Shown piece after piece: positions 11,799 to 23,575 of a stretch of DNA of 29,034 nucleotides (the first letter of the stretch is position 1; each line of letters opens with the position of its first letter). This DNA is from Octopus sinensis (Eukaryota), in assembly GCF_006345805.1 (NCBI RefSeq), contig NW_021827498.1, forward strand, positions 1 through 29,034. Reading direction: 5' to 3'. The notes under the pieces are model-generated. The model saw only the letters and a list, made by a program, of their open reading frames with translations. It was not told the DNA's origin and searched no databases. The position numbers and the translations under genes were made by a program.

Positions 11799-12125
11799 TT
11801 TCTGATGGGAAGGCTTTAATCTTGATTAAAAATCCTTGAGTCTCTGCTTTGAGTCTTGAGCTTCTCAGCCATTGTTGGGATTTTGCTTTGTCTATTTCTT
11901 TTGCGTTTAGTTTAACCCAGTATTTGCCGTGAAGGGGCTTTTCTTGCCACTGCTTTATCATGATCCGCTGCTGTTCTAGTTTTAGTTTGGATATCATTTG
12001 TTTTACAGCTTTTGTTCTTTCTTCTTTTTCTTCGTGGTTGTTAGGTAGTATGACCTCTTGTTTGTATTTGTCAGCTTCTTTAAAGACTGAAAACAGTTTC
12101 TTGCTTTGTTCCTGTTTTGTGGCTA
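11798..12125 (-). mobile_element. Internal R4/Dong LINE fragment
   Basis: WQEKPLHGKY...SQQWLRSSRLKAETQGFLI is homologous to RMHGQ...WLWMTKSDLKPETEDLI in the 8-11 kb element. Confidence 0.82.
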
Positions 12126-12129
12126 ACTC

Positions 12130-12177
12130 TCCTCCTCCTCTTCCTTCTTCTTCTTCTTCTCTTCTTCTTCTTCTTCT

Positions 12178-12222
<45 letters not shown>
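12130..12222. repeat. (CCT)n(TTC)n(TAG)n compound microsatellite
   Basis: Directly visible. Confidence 0.95.
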
Positions 12223-12237
12223 CAGAACTATTATTAA

Positions 12238-12440
12238 GGCGGTGAGCTAACAGAATTGTTAGCACTCCGGCCAAAATACAAAGCGGTATTTCGCCCGTCA
12301 CTACGTTCTAAGCCCAAATTCCGCCGGGGGCAACTTTGCCTCTCGGGGTCGATTAAATAAGTACCAGTTACGCACTGGGGTCGATGTAATAGATTTGATT
12401 CCTTCCCCCAAATTTGAGGCCTTGAGCTTCCAGTAGAAAA

Positions 12441-12471
<31 letters not shown>
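12238..12471 (+). mobile_element. SINE A, sense orientation, with (ATT)n tail
   Basis: GGCGGTGAGCTAACAGAATTGTTAGCA head, SINE A core, tail 12441-12471. Confidence 0.85.
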
Positions 12472-13025
12472 TGATGAAAACTCTCAGCTTTATTTTTCTA
12501 GGAATGATGGAAAATGCCAGTTGCCCACGGCCAGCTGGTTAAGGTGGCACCTGTTTACTAATCCCACTTCAAGATCTCTGTGGAGAACTCTTGCAGTTTC
12601 AAGTAATGATGATTTTTTATAGGAGTTCCATCTTTGCATTTGTTCCAATCACTATTACTATCACACCCACTTTCTTCATTGCCCACAACCTGCGTATTTC
12701 CCACTTCAATTCATCATAATTGTTCAACTTTGTTTTTCTTTCTCGTTAATCAGTTATCAGGTATTTTCGCCCTTTTCTGTTCAACACAACAATATCAGAT
12801 TTCCGATGTTTAATCTGATGATCACAATGAATCATTGCAATACTACAGGATTTTGAAATATTTATCCTCAGTAACTCCTTCCGGGATTTGGTCAAACTAA
12901 GTCTTCGATATTTCTCGGTCATAATTTCGGCAATGTTCCCAAGGGATCATTCTTGCCATATTGTCATGTCGCCTTTTGTATTCACGTTGTGCCCATTTCA
13001 GGCTTTCACTAACTATGTGCCACTA
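12472..13025 (-). mobile_element. R4/Dong LINE 3' end (zinc knuckle, endonuclease, 3' UTR)
   Basis: HIVSESLKWAQREYKRRHDNMAR, HRKSDIVVLN, YDELKWEIRRLWAMKKV. The 3' end abuts (TAA)n. Confidence 0.82.
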
Positions 13026-13029
13026 TTAT

Positions 13030-13195
13030 AATTTTATTTTTTGGTTTAGTTCAGGTTCGGTTTTATTCCTGGTCGGAATTATGTGGATAGTGAGTTACTA
13101 CCTGTAACCTTAGGTATCATCAAGTTTTCAGCAGTTTTTCAAGTGTCTAGAACCCTCCTGATAATCCTTGCTTTCCTAAAAGAAGCAACATTTTA
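13030..13195 (-). mobile_element. Short R4/Dong 3'-terminal fragment of another family
   Basis: Minus strand LGKARIIRRVLDT* resembles the clade's C-terminal LGTARILRKVL motif. Confidence 0.6.
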
Positions 13196-13427
13196 TCCGG
13201 CGCTCTGCCGATTCTGTCATCCAATAAAATCCAATAAAATGCATGAAACAGCAACAACAATAACAAGCACAATAAATTCTAATTTAGGTACAGTAGTTTT
13301 GAGGGGAGGTGTTAAATCGATTACATGGTTCTAGTAATTGAATAATACCTTATTTTATCGAATCCAAAATGATGATAGGCAACGTTGGTTACTACGGGAT
13401 TTGAATTAAAGTATCGGAAGAAATACC

Positions 13428-13835
13428 TATTTCTTTATTACCCACAAGGGGCTAAACACAGAGGGGACAAACAAGGACAGGCATAGGTATTAAGTCGATT
13501 ACATCGACCCCAGTGCGTAACTGGTACTTAATTTATCGACCCCGAAAGGATGAAAGGCAAAGTGGATCTCGGCGGAATTTGAACTCACAACGTAACGCAG
13601 ACGAAATACCTATTTCTTTATTACCCACAAGGGGCTAAACACAGAGGGGACAAACAAGGACAGACATAGGTATTAAGTCGATTACATCGATCCCAGTGCC
13701 TAACTGGTACTTAATTTATAGACCCCGAAAGGATGAAAGGCAAAGTCGATCACGGCGGAATTTGAACTCACAACGTAACGCAGACGAAATACCGCTAAGC
13801 ATTTCGCCCGGCGTGCTAACGTTTCTGCCAGCTCG
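13428..13835 (-). mobile_element. Tandem long-tailed SINE A units (183-bp period) inside an older SINE A (about 13280-13875)
   Basis: 13428-13610 and 13611-13793 are nearly identical. Both junctions read GAAATACC|TATTTCTTTATTACCCAC. Confidence 0.92.
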
Positions 13836-13899
13836 ACGTAAGACATTTTGTCCGACGCTGTAGCGATTCTACCAATCTAACAACTTATATATAATACTT

Positions 13900-14080
13900 G
13901 CTAACACAAGGCACAAGGCCAAAGATTCGTTGGAGAGGGGCTTGTTGATTAACTCAGCCCCAGTATTTGACATATACTTTATTTAATCGACCCTGCAATC
14001 ATGAAAAGTAAAGATGCTTTCGGCAGTGTCTGAATTCAGAAAATTAAGAGTCAGAATATATACGGTATTTTCTCTGACGC
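13900..14080 (-). mobile_element. Old diverged SINE A
   Basis: GGCACAAGGCC...CCCCAGTA...AATCGACCC...TGAATTCAGAA. Confidence 0.65.
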
Positions 14081-14560
14081 AAGCAAATTATTATCTGTAT
14101 TTTTGATAATTTATTTAGATAGAGAATTATACAGATTGTCATCTTCGGTGAAATAAACAAAACACAAATAAACTCTTTACTTAGTGGCTTAAAATGTTTC
14201 ATAAATTCTGACTGGGTTTCAGAAATTACATAATATCATAGTTTAAAAATAGATCGTTTGACTTTCTAATTCTAATAGAAAAATCGACTTTAATGTGGGA
14301 AACTTTGAAAATTAGTAATGATTATTGGGTAGTTGCCACAAGTTACGATTTTCCAGTTATTTTCGATTTTCTAAGCTTATTAAGAATTTTGACTCATATA
14401 TACACCATATATACACCATATGTTGTGGGGGGAAATATTGGCTTACTGTCAGTGAAAGACAATTATTGACTTTAAGGATTGACTCAGACGAAATAACAAA
14501 GAGATTGATAAAATGGAATTTTGACGATGATATTGAAGATATCGGCTATGATGATAGCGG

Positions 14561-14731
<171 letters not shown>

Positions 14732-15072
14732 TGATATATGTAATTATAAGACCCAAGGATCTAGGTGTGGGAAATTAGTAAGGCTCGAGGAGCCCGTGGT
14801 AGGTATAAAGACAATTTCAGGAACAATAATAGTTTATTGACGTCGAAGGTTTTTCCCATATCGAAGTTCGTTAATTCGAAAAAAGGTTTTCTGGGTTTTT
14901 TTTTTTTCTGTAGTTCACGGTTAGCAACAAGGCTTGCTATGAATGCAAATAAAAATCCAAATTGGGGGAATGGAGCAGGTAAAATCCAGGCTACATATGT
15001 TCCCAAACTAGCTGATCCTCGGAAGTAATAATTACTCAACGAGAGGTACTCCACTAATTACACATCAGACCG

Positions 15073-15570
15073 ATGTATGTATGTATGTATGTATGTATGT
15101 ATGTATGTACATACGTTTGCATGTATGTATGTATGTTTGTATGTATGTACATATATATGTATGTGCGTATGTATGTATGTATGTATGTATGTATGTATGT
15201 ATGTACGTATGTATGTACGTATGTATGTACATATGTATGTATGTGCGTATGTATGTATGTATGTATGTATGTATGTATGTATGCATGTATGTATGTATGA
15301 TGTATGTATTGTATGTATGGATGTACTATGTATGTAGTAATGTATGTACATCTTGTATGTGCGTAGTATGGATGTATGTATGTATGTACTATGTATGTGT
15401 ATGTATGTACTGTTGTATGTATACTATGTATGTATACATATATAGTATGTGGCGTATGTATTTATGTAGTATGTATTGTATGTTAGTATGATGTTGTATG
15501 TATGCTGTATGTGTGCATGTGCATGCACGTTGTCTATGTACGTACGTATGTATGTATATACCTATGTATA
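15073..15570. repeat. Long, progressively degenerate (TATG)n
   Basis: Directly visible. Confidence 0.95.
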
Positions 15571-15597
15571 TACCAGCCTTATTGGACCTAAAATTTT

Positions 15598-15700
15598 GCA
15601 TGGTCTAGTGGTCAGAGTGTTGCACTTGCAACCGCGAGATCGCGATTTCGATTCCTAGACAGGATGGTGCGCGTTGTGCTCTTGAGCAAAACACTTCATC
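15598..15700 (+). mobile_element. tRNA-like head of SINE family C
   Basis: A-box-like TGGTCTAGTGG and B-box-like TTCGATTCC, then GTTGTGCTCTTGAGCAA matching the reverse complement of 24897-24915. Confidence 0.65.
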
Positions 15701-15822
15701 TAACTTCAACACCTGACGTCGTATTAGTATTATTATTATTACGCATGCCCTTTTATGTTTGTATATATTTGCCCTTGTGGCCAATAAAAGAATGAATTAT
15801 TATTATTATTATTATTATTATT

Positions 15823-15958
15823 GTCTTTGTACAGCTTCTAATGTTGGAGATGTACTAGAGTGCCAGCTGTTCACTACCAGTGAACTTAGGTAACACCCCT
15901 TATTTTTCGAGCACCATCCGGAATATTCCATGCAGTGCTGTTTTTTGCAAGTGCTTAC
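15823..15958 (-). mobile_element. Short R4/Dong 3' end between two (TAA)n tracts
   Basis: Minus strand KHLQKTALHGIFRMVLEK* plus 3' UTR, with (ATT)n on both sides. Confidence 0.72.
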
Positions 15959-15984
15959 TATTATTATTATTATTATTATTATTA

Positions 15985-16043
<59 letters not shown>

Positions 16044-16708
16044 GTAGGTTTATTTTTTATAGCGTGCTTTCACTTCACTACCGAGCGCAGCTCTGTGTGC
16101 CATAGGTATGTGCTGTGATTTGTTGGAGCTCTGATGGTTATTGTATGGAAAGTGTTCTGCGTAGGATGTGTGCAGTGCTAGTAGTGCAATTTCTGTATGT
16201 ATATGTGTTGTAAGTCCTGGTTGTTTTTGTTATGTATTGTCTGAATATTTTTTTATCATGCCTAATGCACCTACTATGATAGGAATTGTTTCTGTTTTAG
16301 ATTCCACATTCTGGTTACCTCTATTTCCAGGACTTTGTATTTTGAAAGTTTCTCCATTTCTTTTAGAGACACGTTGTCATCTGCCGTATTGATACATCAA
16401 TTAGAAAGCATTTTTTCTTCATGATCTCTGACAACTATATCTGGTCTGTTGGCCTTAATTTCTCTATCTGTATGTATCGGCAATCCAGAGTATGGTTGCT
16501 TTCTGTTTTCTGTGACCTTTTCTGGTGTGTGCCTATACCATCTTTTTTCTGTTGTTATTCCAAAATGTTGGCATAGCTTCCAATGTATGTAGGTTCCAAC
16601 TCTGTCATGTCTGTGAATATATTCCTTCTTAGCCAGGACTGGGCAGCTAGAGATAATATGATTTATTGTTCTTGTCCATCTCCACATATTCTGCAGTTAC
16701 TTGTTATA
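16044..16708 (-). mobile_element. 5'-truncated R4/Dong LINE 3' end within (TAA)n
   Basis: CRICGDGQE, TINHIISSCPVLAKKEYIHRHDRV, IHWKLC, IKANRPDIVV. (ATT)n at 15960-16043 and 16708-16880. Confidence 0.9.
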
Positions 16709-16815
16709 TTATTATTATTATTATTATTATTATTGTTATTATTATATTATTATTATTATTATTATTATATTATTATATTATTATTATTATTATTATTATT
16801 ATATTATCATTATTA

Positions 16816-16864
<49 letters not shown>

Positions 16865-17069
16865 CATTATTATTATTTACTAATATTATCGCCATCTTAT
16901 TATTATTGTTTTTGTTTACATCCTCGCTCTTCTGATTACATAAATACTTTTCCTCAACTTAGTTTGTTCTAGAACAACATTTCTTATTGTTTTAGCTCAT
17001 TCATCGTTTCCGCTATAATTTATTAATTGTTGATGCTATTTTATAACCCTTTATTGCCTTTATTTACTT

Positions 17070-17079
17070 CCCTCTCTCC

Positions 17080-17110
<31 letters not shown>

Positions 17111-17316
17111 CATCAATCTCCCTCTCTCTCTCCATCAATCTCTCTCTCTCTCTCTCTCCATCAATCTCTCTCTCTCTCCATCAATCTGTCTCTGTCTCTC
17201 TCTCTCTCTTTGCCTCCATCTCTCCATTATCCTAGTTTTTGGCTTATTAGTTTCCGGCTCCGGATTCGTGTACACATACACGAGTGCGCTCATACTCCCA
17301 CTCGCTGTCTGTTTAA

Positions 17317-17357
<41 letters not shown>

Positions 17358-17413
17358 GACTCTGTCTCGCTTTCTCTCACTTTCTCATAAATGTTTATGT
17401 TAGGAAAATGCGT

Positions 17414-17480
<67 letters not shown>

Positions 17481-17558
17481 AAGATGGAGAGAGTGAGGGA
17501 GAGAGAGAAACAAAGATGGAGAGAGTGAGGGAGAGAGAGAAAGAGGGGGAGAGTGAGT

Positions 17559-17609
<51 letters not shown>

Positions 17610-17630
17610 CGAGAGAGAGAGGGAGAGATA
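17070..17630. repeat. Compound (CT)n, (TCTG)n, (TG)n, (GA)n microsatellite region
   Basis: Directly visible. Confidence 0.95.
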
Positions 17631-17676
17631 GATCGTGCCTTTATATCATACTCGTAAATTTGTTAACTTCTTTCTA

Positions 17677-18260
17677 TTGGTTGGCCAAAAAGTCCTTCCG
17701 GTTTTAAACACAAAGCAATTTATTCAATTATTATAATTACCATTTCATTCTAGTGTCTTTTGCCATCTTGAGGGCAAATCCGTTTTTCTCTGTTCAAAGA
17801 ATTTCCTGTCTTTACTGGTACAAAACTCCTCGAGTTGAATTTTTACATCCTTTTCAGAATTGAAGGTCATTCAGTGGAATGGATTTTTAAGGGACCGAAA
17901 CAGGTGGAAATCTGAAGGTGCAAGGTCAGGAGAATATGGAAGGTGCGGCAAAATTTTTCAAACAAACGCTAGTAAGTTCTGCGGCATCTGCAAAGAAGTG
18001 TCCGGTCTGGCATTGTCGTGAAGGTCGCCGAGTTGATGCAGATGATTTTCAACACTTGATTTAGATACAGGGGTTGGCGTCGACTAAATCCTTAATTTTA
18101 TCGCTGTTAATATCTGTGGGATGGACAGAAGGAAAACTGAAAGATTTCATGATTTAAATTTTGGAAAGCACTTCTGGCATGCATATATGCTCCGTGTACG
18201 GAGAGAATGCTGTTACGGAACGTAGCAGCATCCTGTCCGTTCACAGAACATATCTTCCTG
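17677..18260 (-). mobile_element. Internally deleted mariner transposon (transposase pseudogene)
   Basis: Minus strand RKICSV.G.DA, CQKCFPKFKS, SVENHLHQLG, LHDNARP, HLPYSPDLAPSDFHLFRSL, LPSRWQK. TA plus TIR TTGGTTGGCCAAAAAGTCCTTCCGGTTTT at 17675-17705. The other TIR was not clearly found. Confidence 0.9.
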
Positions 18261-19040
18261 CATTTTTTCGCCGATTTCTTGCTTTTTTTTTCTTTTTCAT
18301 ATTTTTCATTTTAAAAAAGTAAGTGTCAGTAATGTTCCTTGTGCTTCTCCATTATCAGGGTGATCCATAACACACAAAATGCAACCTGTTTCGTCACAAT
18401 TTCGAGTTGAAATGAAACGGATGCATTTCCTATTATATATTGCGCAGACCTAAAACGTACGTATTTAATCATTTCAGACTATCAGTTTGGTTTGATTTGA
18501 TAATTACAATCTATCTAAACGACTCGAAACCGGTGCAAACTAGTTGGTTCAGATTGTTTTGTCTTGCATCCCGTCTTTCGTTTGAAAGACCATATATTTT
18601 TTGCGTCATCGTTCTTTTTAATTTTGTTTTTATATAATTCTTTTATCGCTTTTCGTATCCATTTGTCTCCTGCAATCAAAATGGTTTTCACCTAGATAAA
18701 CTGTTATTTATCAAGGAACAATAAGCGATGACATACATATATATACATACATTTCATAAAAGCAATGCTTAGAAAAAAAACTAATTTTCAACGTTATGTT
18801 TTACCCCAGACAGGCGCTATACTTTATTTACAAATGTTGCATAAATGATTAACGAATACAATGATAACAGCTATTACATGTTTCAATGGACCACTTAGAA
18901 TCGATAGTTTCCGTTTTGAAATGAGACGATATGTTTATTGTGCTATATTGATGGGTTTCATTATTTATGTGCACATTGAAATCTTTAGAGGTGTCTTTTT
19001 TTTTAAGAAGCGAGTTTATTATAGTTTATTATAGTAGGAA

Positions 19041-19435
19041 CTAGCAGTATCGCCCGGCGTTGCTCGGGTTTGTAAGGGAAATAACTATATAAGCATTTTT
19101 AGAGATGTAAAGTATAATAGCCATCTCAATATGGCTAACCACAAAATGGGGTGTTACTGTAGCTTTTTACGTTCTGAGATTTAATAATAAATTTTTAGAG
19201 AGTTACTTCCCTTATATATGCGAAAAATGCATTAAAAATGGGAAAAATTGATGGTAAATTTTTTTTTAAATCGTAGACTCATCGTATACGCGCGCTAATA
19301 CCCAGAAGGGCTCGATATGAATCATGACTATAAGATACCCGTTTTTGGTTAAACTGCACCGAAAAATGTGGGAGTAGTTAGGAATCTAAATCGTAGGAGA
19401 CAGACACCACACAAGCTCACTTTTATATATAAAGA
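19041..19435 (-). mobile_element. Complete non-autonomous Helitron
   Basis: Minus strand starts TC(TTTATATATAAAAG) and ends with the CCCGAGCAACGCCGGG hairpin then CGATACTG-CTAG. Inserted between A and T, no TSD. Confidence 0.88.
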
Positions 19436-19683
19436 TATGAACGCCATTCGTACTGCAGTATTAATCCAGTCCTTCCTCTAGTGGCGTTTAGTCACAGGGT
19501 TAAGAATGGTCTTGAACTCAGTATTTTCAGTGGTTATATTCTAGCATTCCTGTACGTTCACATTTATTTTCTTCTTGCTTCCATTTAAGAGCCATATTTG
19601 CTGCACCGATAGTGATGGCCTGGTGCAGGATCAAGTCATTATTCATATTGTTGTCTCTATAGGGAACTCGAGCTATATACACA

Positions 19684-19771
<88 letters not shown>

Positions 19772-19926
19772 CGGGTGTGTGTGAATGTGTATAGAAGAAT
19801 ATATTAATAAAAGGGATTCCAACCTTGTCTGATTTTCACGTTTTATTTACAATCTTATAATGATATAAGATAATATAATATAATAAAATAAAATAAAATA
19901 ATAGAATGTTAAATGTTCATTCTGAT

Positions 19927-19971
19927 TGAACTAGTACTTTCATGCATTAAATTCTGCAATCTTCAGGTTCA
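19927..19971 (-). ncRNA. Minimal type I hammerhead ribozyme motif (PLE-type), in a probable PLE terminal fragment about 19775-19990
   Basis: UGAAC-CUGAAGA-U-UGCA-GAAUUUAA-UGCA-U-GAA-A-GUAC-U-A-GUUCA: 5-bp stem I, intact core, 4-bp stem II, palindromic AGUACU stem III. Confidence 0.78.
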
Positions 19972-20813
19972 TGAAGTAGTGGTGACAGTCATGCTTCACA
20001 ATTTTTGACTGTGTACAACACGCTTCGTACAGTTTCCGTCAACTAAATTCGCTCACAAGTCATTTGTCGGCCCGGGTATATATTAGAAGACACATGCATG
20101 GTAATTTATTGTACTTATTCAAATATACAAGCTATACAAACGTCAATTCCCGAAACATTTAGGATACATAAAAACTACCCTCAACCGTTAATCAGTTATA
20201 GATTAACTTTGGTATAGTTCCAAAATTTTGCATGCATATTTTTTATGTTCATATGAAGCGCACTCAATACTTGCTTAGAACAGATTCACAGTCTCAGCAG
20301 AGTCATGCTGCACAGAGAACGTTAGTTGTCAGTTAATTACGTATATCATGTTGATGTGATTGGAATTTTTGTACGCCGGGCTGCGATCCATGTATTTTGA
20401 AGCATTTCTCAGGGTCATTCTTTTCTTCGAAAGTGACTGATCAGATTTTACCTAAGAAAAGAGAGAACTACACATAAGTTTTAGAGAATTGTGGCGGCTT
20501 GAACAATCCTGATACCTGCTGCTGTGTGTTGTAAGAATCGGCTAAAAAAAATCTCCAAGTTTGTTTTTGAGTCATAAAACAAAATGTGAAGTAAAAAAAA
20601 AAAACCCAAACCTTTTGCTGTTACAAATTCTGTAGTTTCTTCTTATCGATAACATAAACTTTTGATAAACGAACAAGTTATGAAAGCAGAATTACTTATT
20701 GTAAGATATTTTCCTGATCACCTAATACCTTTAAGTAACCGTTTCATGACAGTGAAATTGTAGAAAAATATCAATTTAAAGAGAATTAAATTGTTGTGTA
20801 TTGTACAAGATAT

Positions 20814-21228
20814 ACTCTTTACTCTTTTACTTGTTTCAGTCATTTGACTGCGGCCATGCTGGAGCACCGCCTTTAGTCGAGCAAATCGACCCCAGGACTT
20901 ATTCTTTGTAAGCCCAGTACTTATTCAATCGGTCTCTTTTGCCGAACCGCTAAGTGACGGGGACGTAAACACACCAGCATCGGTTGTCAAGCAATGCTAG
21001 GGGGACAAACACGGATACACAAACACAACACACATACATATATATATATATGCATATATACGACGGGCTTCTTTCAGTTTCCGTCTACCAAATCCACTCA
21101 CAAGGCATTGGTCGCCCGGGGCTATACAGAAGACATTGAGAGTTGCCCAAGATGCCACGCAGTGGGACTGAACCCGGAACCATGTGGTTAGTTAGCAAGC
21201 TACTTACCACACAGCTACTCCTGCGCCT
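20814..21228 (-). mobile_element. Full-length SINE family B
   Basis: High similarity to 28328-28812. tRNA-like head at the right end, (GAGTAAAA)-type tail at the left, internal CA/TA microsatellite. Confidence 0.92.
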
Positions 21229-21925
21229 ATAAATATGATAGCATATTACGATAAAAATGAAATATTTGATATTTGTGAGTAACAAAAATTTTCTATATTA
21301 AGTAAAAGTACCGATTTATAAATAACATAAATTTTAGCTTTTTCTTTTATTCTTTTACTTGTTTCAGTCATATGATTGCGGCCATACTGGAGCAACGCCT
21401 TAAGCTATAGTTCTGATTTCTTTTTTTTTTTTTTTTTTTTTTCGATTTGAAATCACTTGATGTCAAAGCTGATCTACTCTACTGAATCATGTGATCGTGG
21501 GAAATCATTCATCGATTAGTCTTCATGAAGCTGTGAAATCTACACATACTTTGCAGGACACCACTTTAAATGAATTTGGAAGCGGTTACTATTCAACAAT
21601 GATGGTAGTAAAAGTGATTTTAAAAAATTAGCGAAGGAGAACAAACATCTCTTCTGATTTTTGCTATGGGTTATGTCTACCATTCATTTGTAGTGTGTCC
21701 AAGTCATTCTGTAGTGTGTCCAAGTTTTACTTCCGTATTGAGACTGATTCCTGAAAGATCTGGCATCGAAGTTTGGCATCGCAGTAGCAAACCATAGAAC
21801 GATTTCAGAATGATACAAAGCGAATTAACACGAGGGGGAACAGAAGTCCAAACCTTGCTTAAACTAAATGGCAATCACCTGAAAGCGTAAAGTAGTACAC
21901 AAGAGATGGTATGTTTTAATACTTA

Positions 21926-22301
21926 CTAAGCAGTATCGCCCGGAGTTAATCGGGTTGTAGGGAAATAACTATAAAGCATTTTAGAGAGTTATAGCAAAAA
22001 AATGCAAAAAAATGGGAGAAAAAAATGATGGTAATTTTTTTTTGATAGTTAAAAAGGTCGAGGTGCGTCCCCTAGACCATCTGTGGTTTGTGTTCTGATT
22101 GTCGACCCCATTCGAATTTATCGATCTTTTCAGAACTGGGGGAACTTTTCAAAATTTTCGCTGCGTAGTTTTGAATAATGACATTGGCTATGTGTGTGTC
22201 AAGTTTCATCAGAATCGGTTGAAAGCCCGGTCAGGGAGGGTACAACCTAACAGACACACAGACACCACACACAGACAAACTGCCGTTTATATATAGAGAG
22301 A
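21926..22301 (-). mobile_element. Non-autonomous Helitron sharing its 3' end with 19041-19435
   Basis: 5' TCTCTCTATATATAAACGG. The 3' part CAGTATCGCCCGG...GGGAAATAACTATA (plus strand) is shared with the 19 kb copy. Confidence 0.82.
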
Positions 22302-22349
22302 TAAGTAGAATCCAAGAAAAGCAAAAATGAATGGAGTCGGAAATATGTC

Positions 22350-22625
22350 TTTTATCTTTTACTTTGTTTCAGTTAGTTGACTGCGACCATGCTGGAGCAC
22401 CGCTTTTAACCGAACAAATTGGCTCTAGGACTTTTTAAAGTCTGGTACTTATTCTATCGCCTTTTTTGCTGAGCTGCGAACTTAGCGGGACGAAAACAAC
22501 CCAACACAGGTTGTCAAGTAGTAGGATGAACAAATACTTGCCCAAAGTGTCGCGCAATGTGATTGAACCTGAAACCACGTGGCCGCAAAGCGAGCTTGCT
22601 AGCCACACAGCCGTGTCTACGCCTA
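22350..22625 (-). mobile_element. Diverged, internally deleted SINE B
   Basis: TGTTTCAGT...CCATGCTGGAGCACCGC...CTTGCCCAAAGTGTCGCGCA...CCACACAGCC. Confidence 0.8.
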
Positions 22626-22730
22626 CATACAAATCTATGCTCCATAAGAGAATGAAACACTATATTTGTCTTCACTGGCTTCTAGGTTTCTGATTGGCTC
22701 TTGGTGTAACTTGGCTCTGATGAAGCAGAA

Positions 22731-22945
22731 TCTTTTCTACTCTAGGCACAAGGCCTAAGATTTTGGAGCAAAGGGCCAGTCGATTAGATCGACCCCAGTA
22801 CGCAATTGGTACTTAATTTATCAATCCCAAAAGGATGAAAGGAAAAGTCGACCTCGGCGGGCTTTGAACTCAGAACGTAAAGACAGACGAATTGCCCCTA
22901 AGTATTTCGCCCGGCGTGCTAACGTTTCTGTCAGCTCTCCGTCTT
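22731..22945 (-). mobile_element. Full-length short-tailed SINE A
   Basis: Complete from tail TCTTTTCTACTCTAGGCACAAGG to head CAGCTCTCCGTC. Confidence 0.88.
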
Positions 22946-23044
22946 TTAATGGAGTAGAATTATGATTGAAAGACATTACTGCATTCACCTTCCTTTTATT
23001 CTTTTCTTTTTTATATACATATTTCAGTGATATTTAAATACATA

Positions 23045-23245
23045 TTTCAGCGGGCATGCTGGAGCACACCCTTGGAGGGTTTTAGCCGAAGAAATCGATC
23101 CAGGACTAATTCTGTGTAAGCTTGATACTTATTCTATCGTTCTCTTTTGCCGAAGCGCCAAGTTATGGGGAACATTAACACACCAACAATACATACATAC
23201 ACACATACATACATACATACATACATACATACATACATGCATATA

Positions 23246-23281
<36 letters not shown>

Positions 23282-23440
23282 CGACGGGCTTCTTTCGGTA
23301 TCCGTCTACCAAATTCACTCACAAGACTTTGGTCGGACCGAGGCTATAATAGAAGACAGTTAGCCAAGGAGCCACGCAGTGGGACTGAACCCGGAACCAT
23401 GTCGCTGGGAAGTAAGCTACTTGCCACACAGCCATGCCTA
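23045..23440 (-). mobile_element. SINE family B
   Basis: Same layout as 20814-21228. Confidence 0.87.
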
Positions 23441-23575
23441 CGGCTATTCCTGTATTTTTTTCTTCTTTTTCTTCTAATATCTTGTGTATATCGAGGACAA
23501 TGTTATCTGCAATAATTACCTTATTCTTTAAGACGGTAGCATATAGCTTAAGGAAGAATTAATTGCTAATTGTAG

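Noticed and set aside
13428-13835. Regularly spaced repeats suggesting a CRISPR or satellite array
   Set aside because: Units are whole SINE bodies with no unique spacers, in a eukaryotic context.
15598-15660. tRNA-like sequence
   Set aside because: No convincing acceptor stem, and it runs into SINE C body sequence, so it is a SINE head.
18405-18455. Possible second mariner TIR
   Set aside because: Only patchy similarity to the 17677 TIR and it requires an insertion, so it was not used as the boundary.
21740-21810. LKDLASKFGIAVA, resembling a Harbinger/ISL2EU transposase helix-turn-helix
   Set aside because: Too short, frame broken, and no TIRs or catalytic motifs found. Needs a profile search.
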